The notes beneath the pieces are model-generated. The model was not told the origin of the DNA, did not search any database, and was given only the letters and a program-made list of their open reading frames with translations. Below are positions 21,009 to 32,831 of a DNA stretch of 41,996 nucleotides, one piece after another. The DNA comes from an uncultured Gemmatimonadota bacterium (GTDB lineage Bacteria; GCA-2686955), in contig CAZBBK010000051.1 of NCBI GenBank assembly GCA_964490075.1, forward strand, positions 1 to 41,996, written 5' to 3'. Position numbers and translations under genes: made by a program. The stretch's first letter is position 1; every line of letters starts with the position of its first letter.

Positions 21009-22994
21009 ATGGAAGCCCTTCGTCGTCACGCTCCGGCGCTGCTGGTGCTCGCCCTGCTCTGCGCTGCGGCGGGGCTGACCTTCGGCCACACCCTGGACGG
21101 CGCCTTTTTCTGGGACGACTTCGGCCACCTGGCCAGCGGCGCCGAGATCCACCGCTCCGGCTTCGATCGCGGCGTGTTGCGCGGCTACTTCTTCATGGCC
21201 CAGGCGGAGCGCTACTTCCGTTCCCTGCCCTTCCTCTTCGACGGCGTCGACCACTGGCTCTACGGAGGGAGTCCACGCGGCTGGCATCTGAGCACCCTGG
21301 GGTTTCACGTGGTCGCGGCGTGGCTGCTCTTCTTCCTGGGACGTGCCCTCGGTCTGCGCAGGGTGCCGTCGGCGGCCGCCGCGCTGCTCTTCTGCGTCCA
21401 CCCGATGGTGGGCCGCACGGTCTCCTGGGTGACGCTGCGCGAGGAGACCATCGCGGCAGTCTCGATTCTGGCTACCTTGCGTCTGTTCTGGGTCGCGGTC
21501 GCTCCGGAGCCGGCGCCGCCCCGCCGCCGTGTCGCCGCCGCGCTGGCGGCCGCCGGACTCGCCGAGCTGGCCTTCTTCAGCAAGGAGACCGCGCTCACCC
21601 TGCCTCTGCTGGCGCTGGTGCTGGCCGGCGCCGGGGCGGCGGCGGAAGGCCGGCGCCCCCTGTGGACCCGACTGTCGCCGCGCCTGTTGGCGACGCTGCC
21701 GATGGGTCTGGCGCTGTGGATCAACCTGGGCCTGCGTCGCACCCACCTGGGCTCGATCCTGCCCAATCCGATCTCCTCCGGCGGCACGCCCTTCCCGGCA
21801 CGGCCCGATTTCGACGGTGTCCTGGAGTTCGCCTCCGGCGCCGCGGCTTTCGTGCCCGCCATCCTCGGCGCCCAGCTGGTCCCGGTGCGGGCGGCCTTCC
21901 CCGCCGAAGGGGTCGAGGGGATCGGCGGCGCGACTCTGGCGCTGCTGTTGGCGGGGGCCCTCGCGGCCATCGCGGTGCTCGGGCTGCGCGGCGCGCTGAC
22001 CCGCGGCGCCCCCCGCCGCGTCCTGGTCGCGGGGTCTCTGCTCTGGATCCTCTCCCCCATCCCCGCCCTCCCCTTCATCCTCCGCAGCCCGCATCCGCTC
22101 GACATGGGCAAGGTGTGGAGCCACTACTTGCCCGCCGCCTTCGCCTGTCTCGTGATCGGTGCCCTCGCGGCGGGAGCGCGCGGGCGGACCCGCGTGCCTG
22201 CGCTCGTGCTGGTGGTGGCGCTGGCCTTCGGTTACGCGACCGGCGCGCGCGCCTGGGCGCGGCGCTTCGTGCAGCTGGGCGCCGCCGACGCTCAGGCTCT
22301 CGCCGACTTCCGCCGCCTCCCCGACCCCCCGCCCGCGGGCTCCACGCTCTACTTCCTCGACGAGGAGCGGGTCTGCCGCGGCGCCACCATCCTGCGCCAT
22401 CTCGAGGAAGGGCTCGGCCAGTCCTGCCGCCGCGGCGATCTGGAGGAGCTGCAGGGCGGACGCCGGGGCGGACTGAGGGAGATGGGCGAGCGCAGCTTTG
22501 TCTACCGGCTGCGGGCTCGCGCCGGTGACGCGCTCGACTTCGGGCCCGACGCCGGTTTCTGGGTCCCGGTTCACGACGAGCTGGCCGATCGTCTGCACGC
22601 GCGCCGCGTCGAGCCGCCGCCGCCGCCGCTCGAGCTCTGCGCCGCCCCGCACCAGGAGTCGGGGCGCTGGTATTTCCCGGTCGACCTGGCGCAGCCCTGG
22701 CGCTATGCCGCGCTGCGTGTCGTGCTGGAGCCGGGGGAGCCCGTGGAGCCGGAGTCGGCGCCGCCCACGTTGCGGATCTACGGCCTCGAGGTCTCGCTGG
22801 AACGCCAATGCCGGCCCCTGCTGCGCGGCGACACGCTCGAGCTTCCCCTGGCTCAGGATCTGCGCTGGCTGCTGGAGCCGCGCATCCAGGCCCTGGAGCT
22901 CTCTCTCGACTCTCCGCGGCGTGCTCTGCGGAGTGCGGTGCTGGTGCCGTGGGTTCCGGTCATTCCTGCAGCTCCTGGGCGAGTAGGCCGATGA
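21009..22994 (+). CDS. Multi-pass membrane protein, GT-C (PMT/TMTC-like) glycosyltransferase-like
   Basis: FFWDDF acidic motif after TM1, YFRSL, GWHLSTLGFH, ALLFCVHP, AFFSKETALTLP, many TM helices and a soluble C-terminal domain. Confidence 0.7.
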   Translation: MEALRRHAPALLVLALLCAAAGLTFGHTLDGAFFWDDFGHLASGAEIHRSGFDRGVLRGYFFMAQAERYFRSLPFLFDGVDHWLYGGSPRGWHLSTLGFHVVAAWLLFFLGRALGLRRVPSAAAALLFCVHPMVGRTVSWVTLREETIAAVSILATLRLFWVAVAPEPAPPRRRVAAALAAAGLAELAFFSKETALTLPLLALVLAGAGAAAEGRRPLWTRLSPRLLATLPMGLALWINLGLRRTHLGSILPNPISSGGTPFPARPDFDGVLEFASGAAAFVPAILGAQLVPVRAAFPAEGVEGIGGATLALLLAGALAAIAVLGLRGALTRGAPRRVLVAGSLLWILSPIPALPFILRSPHPLDMGKVWSHYLPAAFACLVIGALAAGARGRTRVPALVLVVALAFGYATGARAWARRFVQLGAADAQALADFRRLPDPPPAGSTLYFLDEERVCRGATILRHLEEGLGQSCRRGDLEELQGGRRGGLREMGERSFVYRLRARAGDALDFGPDAGFWVPVHDELADRLHARRVEPPPPPLELCAAPHQESGRWYFPVDLAQPWRYAALRVVLEPGEPVEPESAPPTLRIYGLEVSLERQCRPLLRGDTLELPLAQDLRWLLEPRIQALELSLDSPRRALRSAVLVPWVPVIPAAPGRVGR

Positions 22995-23009
22995 TCCGCG
23001 GCATGGCGA

Positions 23010-23531
23010 TCAAGTGTCGGACCTTTGCGGCAGGATCTTCTCGACGACGGACTGTGTCCGGGGTGGGTTCAGCCTCCTTGGGTAGTAGTCCTCGATGATC
23101 TCGAAGACCGCGGCGGGGGTGCGCAGCCGCAGGTGTTCGATCAGAAATCCGACGTCGTCCAGATCGCCGCTGTCGAAACGCGAGGAGATGCACTTCATGG
23201 CCAGCATGTAGCGGGCGGTGGGGGCCCACACTCGCAGGTTGGGCAGATCGAGCACCTCTTCCCGGGGAGGATCGACATGGAAGTAGGCCCTTGCCGCATC
23301 GTTCAGCCAGTCCTCGGGAACGTCGAGACGGCGGGCCACGATCTTCGCAGCGGCTCTGATCTCTCGTGTCGGTTCGAAGATGGCGTCGATGTCCCTGGTG
23401 GCGCGACGAACCTGGAAAACCAAGCACATCACCGCGCCGCCGCAGATACCGGCTTCGCCTTTCACGCCCAGTTTGCCCAACTCCTGGTCGAGGGCTGAGA
23501 GGAGCTCTCTGATTCGTTCGACGGTGAGCAC
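23010..23531 (-). CDS. Nucleotidyltransferase-fold protein (DUF6036/AbiEii-like), putative TA toxin
   Basis: ICGGAVM, RRATRDIDA, DWLNDAA, YMLAMKC...R...DLDD. The GTG start lies 2 nt after the upstream stop. Confidence 0.8.
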   Translation of the reverse strand: MLTVERIRELLSALDQELGKLGVKGEAGICGGAVMCLVFQVRRATRDIDAIFEPTREIRAAAKIVARRLDVPEDWLNDAARAYFHVDPPREEVLDLPNLRVWAPTARYMLAMKCISSRFDSGDLDDVGFLIEHLRLRTPAAVFEIIEDYYPRRLNPPRTQSVVEKILPQRSDT

Positions 23532-23533
23532 GA

Positions 23534-24097
23534 TCAGGCCCTTGCCAGGAAGTTGGCGAGAACGAACCCATTCCGTCTGCGGAACTGTGCCGGCGACTCG
23601 ATCAGCGCTGTCGCTTTCAGGCTCTCCACCCCGGCCACGAACCACGGCGAAGGCAAGGGACCGACGCCGTCGCACCACCACGGCGGAGCCAGGCCGCATT
23701 CCTGACACAATGCCTCGACCGTAGACGCCAGCAGGGCGCGGATGCGGTCGGTGGTCGCCCGGACCGGTGGAGATGCGACGAGATCCTCCTCGGGGGAGCG
23801 GCGAAATGCATCCACGAGCTCGAACAACCAGAGCTTCCAGGCACCTTCTTCCGCGCCGATTCGGCGCGATAGGGCGGCCAGCGAGCAGGGATCCTCGGTG
23901 ATCAGGCGGTCCAGCTCGACTCTCAAGGCGGGCGCCGGTACTCCCAGGGCGGCCGCGATCTTGATCAGGGTCGAGAGCCGCGGATCGGTCTGGCCAGCCT
24001 CGATCATCTGCGGCGCCCGAAAGCTCACGCCCGCCCTCTCCGCGAGTCGGCGCTGCGAGACTCAGCGGTGCTCTCGCGCTTGCTTCAGACCGTTCAT
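23534..24097 (-). pseudogene. XRE-family HTH protein (putative antitoxin) interrupted by an in-frame TGA at codon 12
   Basis: ATG at 24097 gives MNGLKQAREHR*VSQRRLAERAGVSFRAPQMIEAGQTDPRLSTLIKIAAALG, with TGA at 24062-24064. The C-terminal domain ...ESPAQFRRRNGFVLANFLARA is intact. Confidence 0.75.
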
Positions 24098-24105
24098 GAG
24101 GTCTC

Positions 24106-24134
24106 AAGACAGCTGACGCATCATATTGCGTCAA
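24106..24134 (-). promoter_or_regulatory. Sigma70-like promoter with overlapping palindromic operator for the XRE/NTase operon
   Basis: Minus strand TTGACG-17nt-TGTCTT, 8 nt before ATG 24097 (leaderless-like). Perfect inverted repeat TGACGCA-N6-TGCGTCA at 24114-24133. Confidence 0.65.
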
Positions 24135-25552
24135 GCTGGCCCTGGTCGTCCCAGCCGCTCCTCGATCTCCTCGACGTGGCGCGAGGGCCCGTACTCCAGC
24201 GCATAGAGCTCGACCATCCGCAGCGCCTCGCGGCGGCGCCCGAGCCGCGCCAACGCCTCCGCCGCGAGCTCCAGCTCACCGATCCCCTCGGGCCGGAGCG
24301 CGCGCAGGTAGAGGGTCGCGTCCAGGGCCAGCCGCGGCGCTCCGAGCCGCAGCTGGGCGCGCGCGAAGGCGGCCAGACCGTCCTGGTGATCGGGGTTGAG
24401 ATCGAGTGCTCGGCTCAGAACCTCGGCGGCCCACGCCGGACAGTTCTTCCTCAACAGCGCCTCGCCCAGGTACATCGCGACGCCCGGATCGTTCGGGTAG
24501 AGCTCGTGCGCGCGGGCCAGCGGGTCGACCGCTCCCGCGCGCTTCAGATCGGCGCGCAGCATGCCCAGAGCCAGCGCCGCCGCCCCCAGATCGGGAACCA
24601 GCGCGGCCGCCCTCTTCGCGTCCTGCAGCGCCAGCTCCCAGCGCTCTGCGCTCGCCGCCAGCGTCGATCGCAAGAGCCGCGCGCCGGCATCGTCGGGCAG
24701 CAGAGCCACCAGGGAGCACGCGGCCGCGACCGCCTCGTCCGTGCGCCCGGAGGCGTGTGCCCGCATCGCCAGCTCGGTCGCGGCGCGGATCGCCTCGTCC
24801 GGCCTCTCGGCGTCGGTCGCGGCGCAGCAGCGGAACCCGTCGTCGTGCCAGCGCATGTCTGGCGCGTGGGAGTGCTCGCGGTTGGTGCAGGCGGCATAGA
24901 CGCCGCTCATTCCTCGGTCGCCGCCACGTAGCACGGGGTAGGAGCGGTGGGATCCGATCGGCCGCGGCAGTCGGTCGCCGCGCCCCACGCGCCGCCGCGA
25001 CGCGGTCCACTCGTTGACGTAGCCGCTCATGTCCTGGCAGCCGTAGCCGCTGGCGCACTGCGGGCGCTGCCCGAGCAAGGGAAAGGGACCGCCCTCGTTG
25101 TGCGTCAGGCAGGGCTCCGGGTCGAAGGTATCGCCGTAGGGGTAGAAGCTCCCCGCCGGTCCCCGGCAGGTCTTCTCCCACTCGCTCTCGGTGCACAGCC
25201 GCTTGCCCACGGCGCGGCAGAGCCGCTCGGCTTCGTACCACGAGACATCGGTGAGCACCGGCACGCCGGGCAGGTTGGGAAAGGGGTGGACATCGATGAA
25301 GAAAGCGTCGAGGTGAACCACACGGGGAGTCCAGGCGTGATCGGTCGGCCCTTCGCCCGCCGGACGTCCCCCCAGCTCCGAGCTGCCCGCCGGCACCCGC
25401 ACCATGGGACCGAGCCGGCCCACGGGGCCTTCGCAAGCCGCGACGGCTCCCGCCAGCAGAGCCGGGAGAGTCAGCGCCCTCGCGCGCCGGGGCAGCGCCA
25501 GGCGGCGCGGTGTTCGGGCGCCGTTCTTTGCCGTCTTTGCGGCGGACTGCAT
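24131..25552 (-). CDS. SUMF1/FGE-sulfatase (formylglycine-generating enzyme family) domain lipoprotein with C-terminal TPR repeats
   Basis: Lipobox-like LAGAVAAC. MVRVPAG, VSWYEAERLC...GKRLCTESEWEKTCRG, YPYGD, DMSGYVNEWT, VLRGG, GFRCC. Helical TPR-like C-terminus (RALDLNPDH). Confidence 0.85.
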   Translation of the reverse strand: MQSAAKTAKNGARTPRRLALPRRARALTLPALLAGAVAACEGPVGRLGPMVRVPAGSSELGGRPAGEGPTDHAWTPRVVHLDAFFIDVHPFPNLPGVPVLTDVSWYEAERLCRAVGKRLCTESEWEKTCRGPAGSFYPYGDTFDPEPCLTHNEGGPFPLLGQRPQCASGYGCQDMSGYVNEWTASRRRVGRGDRLPRPIGSHRSYPVLRGGDRGMSGVYAACTNREHSHAPDMRWHDDGFRCCAATDAERPDEAIRAATELAMRAHASGRTDEAVAAACSLVALLPDDAGARLLRSTLAASAERWELALQDAKRAAALVPDLGAAALALGMLRADLKRAGAVDPLARAHELYPNDPGVAMYLGEALLRKNCPAWAAEVLSRALDLNPDHQDGLAAFARAQLRLGAPRLALDATLYLRALRPEGIGELELAAEALARLGRRREALRMVELYALEYGPSRHVEEIEERLGRPGPA

Positions 25553-25682
25553 CGAGGCCTCCGGGTCGGTGGGATTCTACCCTCGGAGCAGCGACCCGGG
25601 CGTTTCGATATAGCGCTTCTCGAGCGACGCACTTCGCGAAGAACCGCGGGCACGACGGGAGCTCGCGGGCCTTCGGGGCTCC

Positions 25683-26264
25683 ATGCGCGATCATCTGCTT
25701 CTGTGTGTTGTCGTCATCGTGGGGGCATCGAGTGCGGCAGCACCGCTTCCGATCTGGGAGGACCTGGGGCCGGGCGGCGGCCAGGGGCCGCAGATCATGG
25801 CGACCACGCCGCTCGATCCGGAACGGGTCATCGCGGCCTGGGCTTCGATGCCGGATCGGCGGACCTTCCATACGCCTCCAGTGCCGCGTCCTACGGCTCG
25901 ATGCGCGCGGCTCTGGTGCACAGCGCAGACGGCGGTCTGAGCTGGAGCGAGCTCGCGACACCTCTGGAGCAGAGGCTCTACTGGGCGGCGCCCGATCCGG
26001 TGGTGCCTGGCGCCGGCGGTGACGCTTTGCTGGCCGGCGGCGAGCTCGGCATCTGGTTGAGCCGCGACGCCGGGCTGCGCTGGGAGCCGATGGCGCTGAA
26101 GGGGGATCCGAACCTTGGCGGCCGGAGAAGCGCCCGCGGGGCGCACGGTGTCTCGCTGGTCGGGAGACAACGATCGAGGCACCGCGGTCTCCTCCGGTCT
26201 CTACCTGGCCCGACTGACCACGGGCGATGGGGAGTGGACGCGGCGGATCGTCGTGCGGAAGTGA
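25683..26264 (+). pseudogene. Degenerate secreted-protein gene: signal peptide and Asp-box (BNR) repeats joined to a FlgD-Ig/T9SS type A-like C-terminal fragment
   Basis: Frame A: MRDHLLLCVVVIVG...WEDLGPGGG. Shift near 25836 to a frame with HSADGGLSW and LSRDAGLRW. From 26106: IRTLAAGEAPAGRTVSRWSGDNDRGTAVSSGLYLARLTTGDGEWTRRIVVRK*. Confidence 0.75.
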
Positions 26265-26309
26265 GTCGGTTCGGGTCGCGGCGACGCGGCCCCCACCGAC
26301 ATGGGACGG

Positions 26310-28985
<2,676 letters not shown>

Positions 28986-29246
28986 GATCGCCTCCTGTCA
29001 GTTCTTGGCCCCGTGCGGAGGGGGAGGCGCAAGTTACGGGCCAGCGGCGCGAGCAGCGTAAACTGTTGTGAAGCAACGACAGAAGCCCGCGCTTGCGCGG
29101 CGGCAATGTCATAATGGCAGGAACAGCGCCATGGTGGCATGCGAAACGAGGCCGCTGCGATCGTGGCGGGATGAATGATCGGGCAGGCGCGGAGGCGCGC
29201 GGCAGCGGGGGGGGTGCGGGGCGGGGGCCGATGCTACTCTGCCCGC

Positions 29247-30032
29247 ATGCAGCAGTCCTCCGTCGACCTGAGCGTCGTGATACCGGCCTACAACGAGGAG
29301 CGCCGCATCGGCAAGACGCTCGGGGAGATCGAGCGCTTCTTCGGCGAGCGCGGCGACCGTTTCGAGGTGATCGTGGTCGACGACGGGTCGACCGACGGGA
29401 CGCGGGAGCTGGTGGGGGGGTTGGCCGAGCGCTCCGAGCACCTGGAGCTGCGCTGGCTGCCGGCCAACCGCGGCAAGGGGGCGGCGATCCGCGAGGGTGT
29501 GATGGCGTCGCGCGGGAGCCGCGTGCTCTTCACCGACGCCGACCTGTCGACGCCTCTGAGCGAGCTGTCGAAGCTGGAGGCGGAGCTGGAGGCCGGCGCG
29601 CGGATCGGCATCGCCTCGCGCGCCCGGCGCGGCGCCGAGCTGCGCGTGCGCCAGCCTCTTTACCGGGTGCTGATGGGCAAGACCTTCAACAAGATGGTGC
29701 AGCTCCTGGCCACGCCGGGGATCGCGGACACGCAGTGCGGCTTCAAGCTCTTCGAGGGTCGGGCGGCGCGCCGGCTCTTCGCGCTGGCCAAGATCGACGG
29801 CTTCGGCTTCGACGTGGAAATCCTGTTTCTCGCGCGGCGCGCCGGTTATCCGGTCGCCGAGGTGCCGGTGGTGTGGGTCAACGATCCCTACAGCACGGTG
29901 CATCCGGTGCGTGACAGTCTGCTCACCTTTCTCGACCTGCTGCGCGTACGCATCCATCACTACGGGCCTTTGCCCGACCACACCTTCGACCCTTCCAACC
30001 GAGACAATCGATCATGTCGAGATCCCTCCTGA
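29247..30032 (+). CDS. GT2 glycosyltransferase, dolichyl/polyprenyl-phosphate beta-glucosyltransferase-like
   Basis: LSVVIPAYNEERRI, VVDDGSTDGT, NRGKGAA, FTDADLSTP, DTQCGFKLF, GFGFDVEIL. An extended -10 TGCTACTCT lies just upstream of the ATG. Confidence 0.92.
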   Translation: MQQSSVDLSVVIPAYNEERRIGKTLGEIERFFGERGDRFEVIVVDDGSTDGTRELVGGLAERSEHLELRWLPANRGKGAAIREGVMASRGSRVLFTDADLSTPLSELSKLEAELEAGARIGIASRARRGAELRVRQPLYRVLMGKTFNKMVQLLATPGIADTQCGFKLFEGRAARRLFALAKIDGFGFDVEILFLARRAGYPVAEVPVVWVNDPYSTVHPVRDSLLTFLDLLRVRIHHYGPLPDHTFDPSNRDNRSCRDPS

Positions 30033-31024
30033 CCGTCACCCTGGCAACACTCTTCTACGCGGCGCCAACGGCCGCCCAGCAAGCGACCACGCGCTCGGGC
30101 CAGCCGATTCCGCCTTCGATCATGGAGCAGGCCGAGCGCATCCGCGGCCAAGACGATTCGCACCGCGAGAAGCTCGAAAACGCTCTGCACTGGCGTTTCA
30201 AGCCGCAGCGCGAGCACAAGCGGCGGGTGTCGTTCCGCGAGACGGTGTCGATCTCGGGCAGCAAGGTCGACGGCGGGGCGGTGCGCGAGCGCTGGGAGCG
30301 CGGCTACACCCAGCAGGAGCTGCTGCGTCCGGCGGGCGAGGGATGGGAGGTCGCCGCGGTTCTCACCCACACCGAGGCGTTTCGCAACGGCAGCGCCGAG
30401 AGCGATCGCCTGGCCGACGCTCTGATCGGCAAGGAGCTGGTGCTGCACTTGGGAGCCGAGGGCAGGGTGGCTTCGGTGACGGGCGTGGAAGAAGCGCTGA
30501 CGGCGATTCGCACCGAGCTAGAGCCGGCGGCGCTGGCGGGGTTGGGCGAGCGGTTGCGGCCCGATCGGGTGCGGATGCAGGCCAAGAACAAGTTCCGGGA
30601 GCGCTTCATCGACCTGTTGGATCGGCCGCTTTCGGAACAGGTCTGGATCGTGCACGGGCGTACGCTGCGCACTCCGGTGGCCGGCAAGCTGGAGGGTGTG
30701 ACGGCGACCCGCCTCGAGGGCTACGAGGAGCGCGACGGGGTGCGCTGCGCTCGAGTGCGGGTGGCGCAGGGCTGCACCCCCGACGATTTTGCGGATCCCG
30801 GGGCCAAAGCCGCGGTGAAGACATATTTCGATGCCGCCGGCCATCCGCCCAAAGCTCCGGGCGGCGCGATCACGGGCGGGAGCAGCTACTGGTTCGAAGT
30901 GGAGACAGGGTTGATGCGCAAGATCGAGCGGCGCATGGAAGGCGACAGCCGGCGGCGCATGGCCGGGCGCGCCGAAGACGTGCACTACACAGTGGAGCAG
31001 ACGACGCTACTACGGGACCGCTGA
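30014..31024 (+). CDS. Hypothetical secreted protein
   Basis: Signal peptide MSRSLLTVTLATLFYAAPTAAQ, overlaps the end of the GT2 gene, GC3-biased codon usage. Confidence 0.7.
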   Translation: MSRSLLTVTLATLFYAAPTAAQQATTRSGQPIPPSIMEQAERIRGQDDSHREKLENALHWRFKPQREHKRRVSFRETVSISGSKVDGGAVRERWERGYTQQELLRPAGEGWEVAAVLTHTEAFRNGSAESDRLADALIGKELVLHLGAEGRVASVTGVEEALTAIRTELEPAALAGLGERLRPDRVRMQAKNKFRERFIDLLDRPLSEQVWIVHGRTLRTPVAGKLEGVTATRLEGYEERDGVRCARVRVAQGCTPDDFADPGAKAAVKTYFDAAGHPPKAPGGAITGGSSYWFEVETGLMRKIERRMEGDSRRRMAGRAEDVHYTVEQTTLLRDR

Positions 31025-32758
31025 AGCGCCCTTGCCTTCGATCTCGAAGTCGAAGGTCACCAGTTCGCCGCCGACCGGAATCGGCGATCCCGGGAAGACG
31101 AAGCCACACTGCCACTGGTAGGCGCCGGGCGGCGCGGAGGGCACGCTGATGCCGTCGAAGACCACGATCCGCTCGTCGACCTCGACGCTCTCGCCCGCGA
31201 GGAAGGGCTGGGGCCAGGAGGAGAGCTTTCCGGTCGGGCCGAGGTAGCGCGGCGCGCCCTGGGGCGGCTGCAGGAGCACGTAGAGGTCGAGCACGCGGCC
31301 CGCGAAGCCGGCATCGGGCAGGCCTCCGGCGTCGACGTCGAGGTGCAGGTCGGCGCTGTCGCCGGGGGCGAAACGGGTGCCGTTCATGGTGACCGAGAGC
31401 GAGGGCTCGGCGATCCCCTTGACCATTGTGAAGTGATCGCGAACTCGCCCCAGGTCGTCGACGAAGCGGGCGTCGAGGCGCGCGCCGTCGACGTCGATCA
31501 CCACCGATCCAGTGTCGTGGATGCCTCGCTGGTCGCCCTCCAGCGCCACCATCACGGGCGACGTGAAGGCCAGGATGCGCACCACAGTGGTGATTTTGCT
31601 GGCGCTGCCGGTGAGGATCTGCACGCAGCCCTGGTTGGGCGAGGGGCCGAGGGTCGGTTTGAGGTAGGGGCCGTTCTCGTCGATCCGCCCGCGCTCGGGG
31701 TTGGTGGTGAAGGGGATCACCTGCTCGTCGAGCGTCAGAGTGTCGAGGTAGTGGCCGGCGAACTGAAGGGAGCGTTCGTAGGCGTGGCTGTGGCCGGTCA
31801 GCACCAGGTCGACACCGAGCGAGTCGATCACCGGCATGAAGGTGGTGCGGGTGGCGAGCAGCTCGTCGTCGACGTCGGCGAACTTGGTGCCCCGGGAGTA
31901 GGGGGGGTGGTGCCAGAGAGCGATGTTCCAGTCGGCGGAAGAGGCCGCCAGGTCGGCGCAGGCCCAGTCGACCTGGTCGGCGAAGCTGTCGAGATGCTCG
32001 GAGTCGAGGACGACGAAGTGGATGTTGCCGTGGTCGAACGCGTAGTAGCGCTCGCTGCCCGAGGGGACGCCGCCGCAGGAGCCGTCGGTGGGGAAGGTAA
32101 ACATCGCTTCGTAGGGGAGCGGATAGCCGCCCTTGACCTCGTGGTTGCCGAGCGCCGACCAGACGACCGAGGTGCGCAGGAGGCGTGGATAGATGTCGAA
32201 GACCGCCTTCTGGAACTCCTCGTCGGTGCCGCTCATGTAGGCGTTGTCGCCCAGCAGCAGCCAGAGGTCGGTATGGCGGCCCTCGAGGTCGTTGAGCGCG
32301 TGGTAGGCGTCGCGCACCTCGGTCGAGGCGACCTTGAGCGCGTTGGTGGAGTCGGAGGTGGCGCCGACGTCGCCGGCGACCCAGACGCGGGTCGGTCGGG
32401 CCGTGCCCGGCGCGGGGGCGGTCACGAAGTAGTGGGCGGAGTCGGCGCCGGCCAACGATTCACCGCCGGTGGTACCGATCTCGTAGAAATAGCGCGTGTC
32501 GGGCGCCAGCGCATCGAGCACCACTTCGTGGTCGATGGTGTCGAGCGCGGCGGCGCGGGTCTGGTCGAGCTGGTCGGGGGCCGCGCCGAAGCGCACCGCG
32601 CCGCGGACCGGCTCGTCGGTGCGCCAGCGCACGTGCACGCGGTCGGACGAGCCCATCTGCAGGTAGGGGCCACGGGTCAGCTCCAGCGCCGGGCTGGGAG
32701 CGACGGAGAGCGACAGGATCGTGGCGAGGCCGAATGCAGCGGCGCGGCGTGCGATCAT
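31010..32758 (-). CDS. Secreted purple-acid-phosphatase-like metallophosphoesterase with FN3-like N domain and shared C-terminal domain
   Basis: Signal peptide. LTRGPYLQ, GDVG, LGDNAY, GNHE, YYAFDHGNIHFVVLDS, WHHPPYS, VDLVLTGHSHAYERS. Confidence 0.9.
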   Translation of the reverse strand: MIARRAAAFGLATILSLSVAPSPALELTRGPYLQMGSSDRVHVRWRTDEPVRGAVRFGAAPDQLDQTRAAALDTIDHEVVLDALAPDTRYFYEIGTTGGESLAGADSAHYFVTAPAPGTARPTRVWVAGDVGATSDSTNALKVASTEVRDAYHALNDLEGRHTDLWLLLGDNAYMSGTDEEFQKAVFDIYPRLLRTSVVWSALGNHEVKGGYPLPYEAMFTFPTDGSCGGVPSGSERYYAFDHGNIHFVVLDSEHLDSFADQVDWACADLAASSADWNIALWHHPPYSRGTKFADVDDELLATRTTFMPVIDSLGVDLVLTGHSHAYERSLQFAGHYLDTLTLDEQVIPFTTNPERGRIDENGPYLKPTLGPSPNQGCVQILTGSASKITTVVRILAFTSPVMVALEGDQRGIHDTGSVVIDVDGARLDARFVDDLGRVRDHFTMVKGIAEPSLSVTMNGTRFAPGDSADLHLDVDAGGLPDAGFAGRVLDLYVLLQPPQGAPRYLGPTGKLSSWPQPFLAGESVEVDERIVVFDGISVPSAPPGAYQWQCGFVFPGSPIPVGGELVTFDFEIEGKGASAVP

Positions 32759-32831
32759 GGGACTGTCCCCTTTCGTCGAGAATCCTAGCCCACCGCCGCG
32801 GTGCGCCGGTAGTCTCGGCGTGGAGGTCGCC

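Noticed and set aside
24062-24064. In-frame TGA as selenocysteine or as Gly (genetic code 25)
   Set aside because: The position corresponds to a structural Gly rather than a catalytic Cys, and many genes in the window clearly end at TGA, including ATGA/GTGA overlaps.
23532-24134. N-terminal extension of the 374-aa ORF 23010-24134
   Set aside because: It overlaps the XRE gene out of frame. NTase similarity begins at GTG 23531.
29005-29032. Possible CIRCE or HAIR heat-shock operator upstream of clpB
   Set aside because: TTGGCCCCG...GAGGCGCAA matches TTAGCACTC-N9-GAGTGCTAA too poorly, and there is no CTTGAGT-N7-ACTCAAG.
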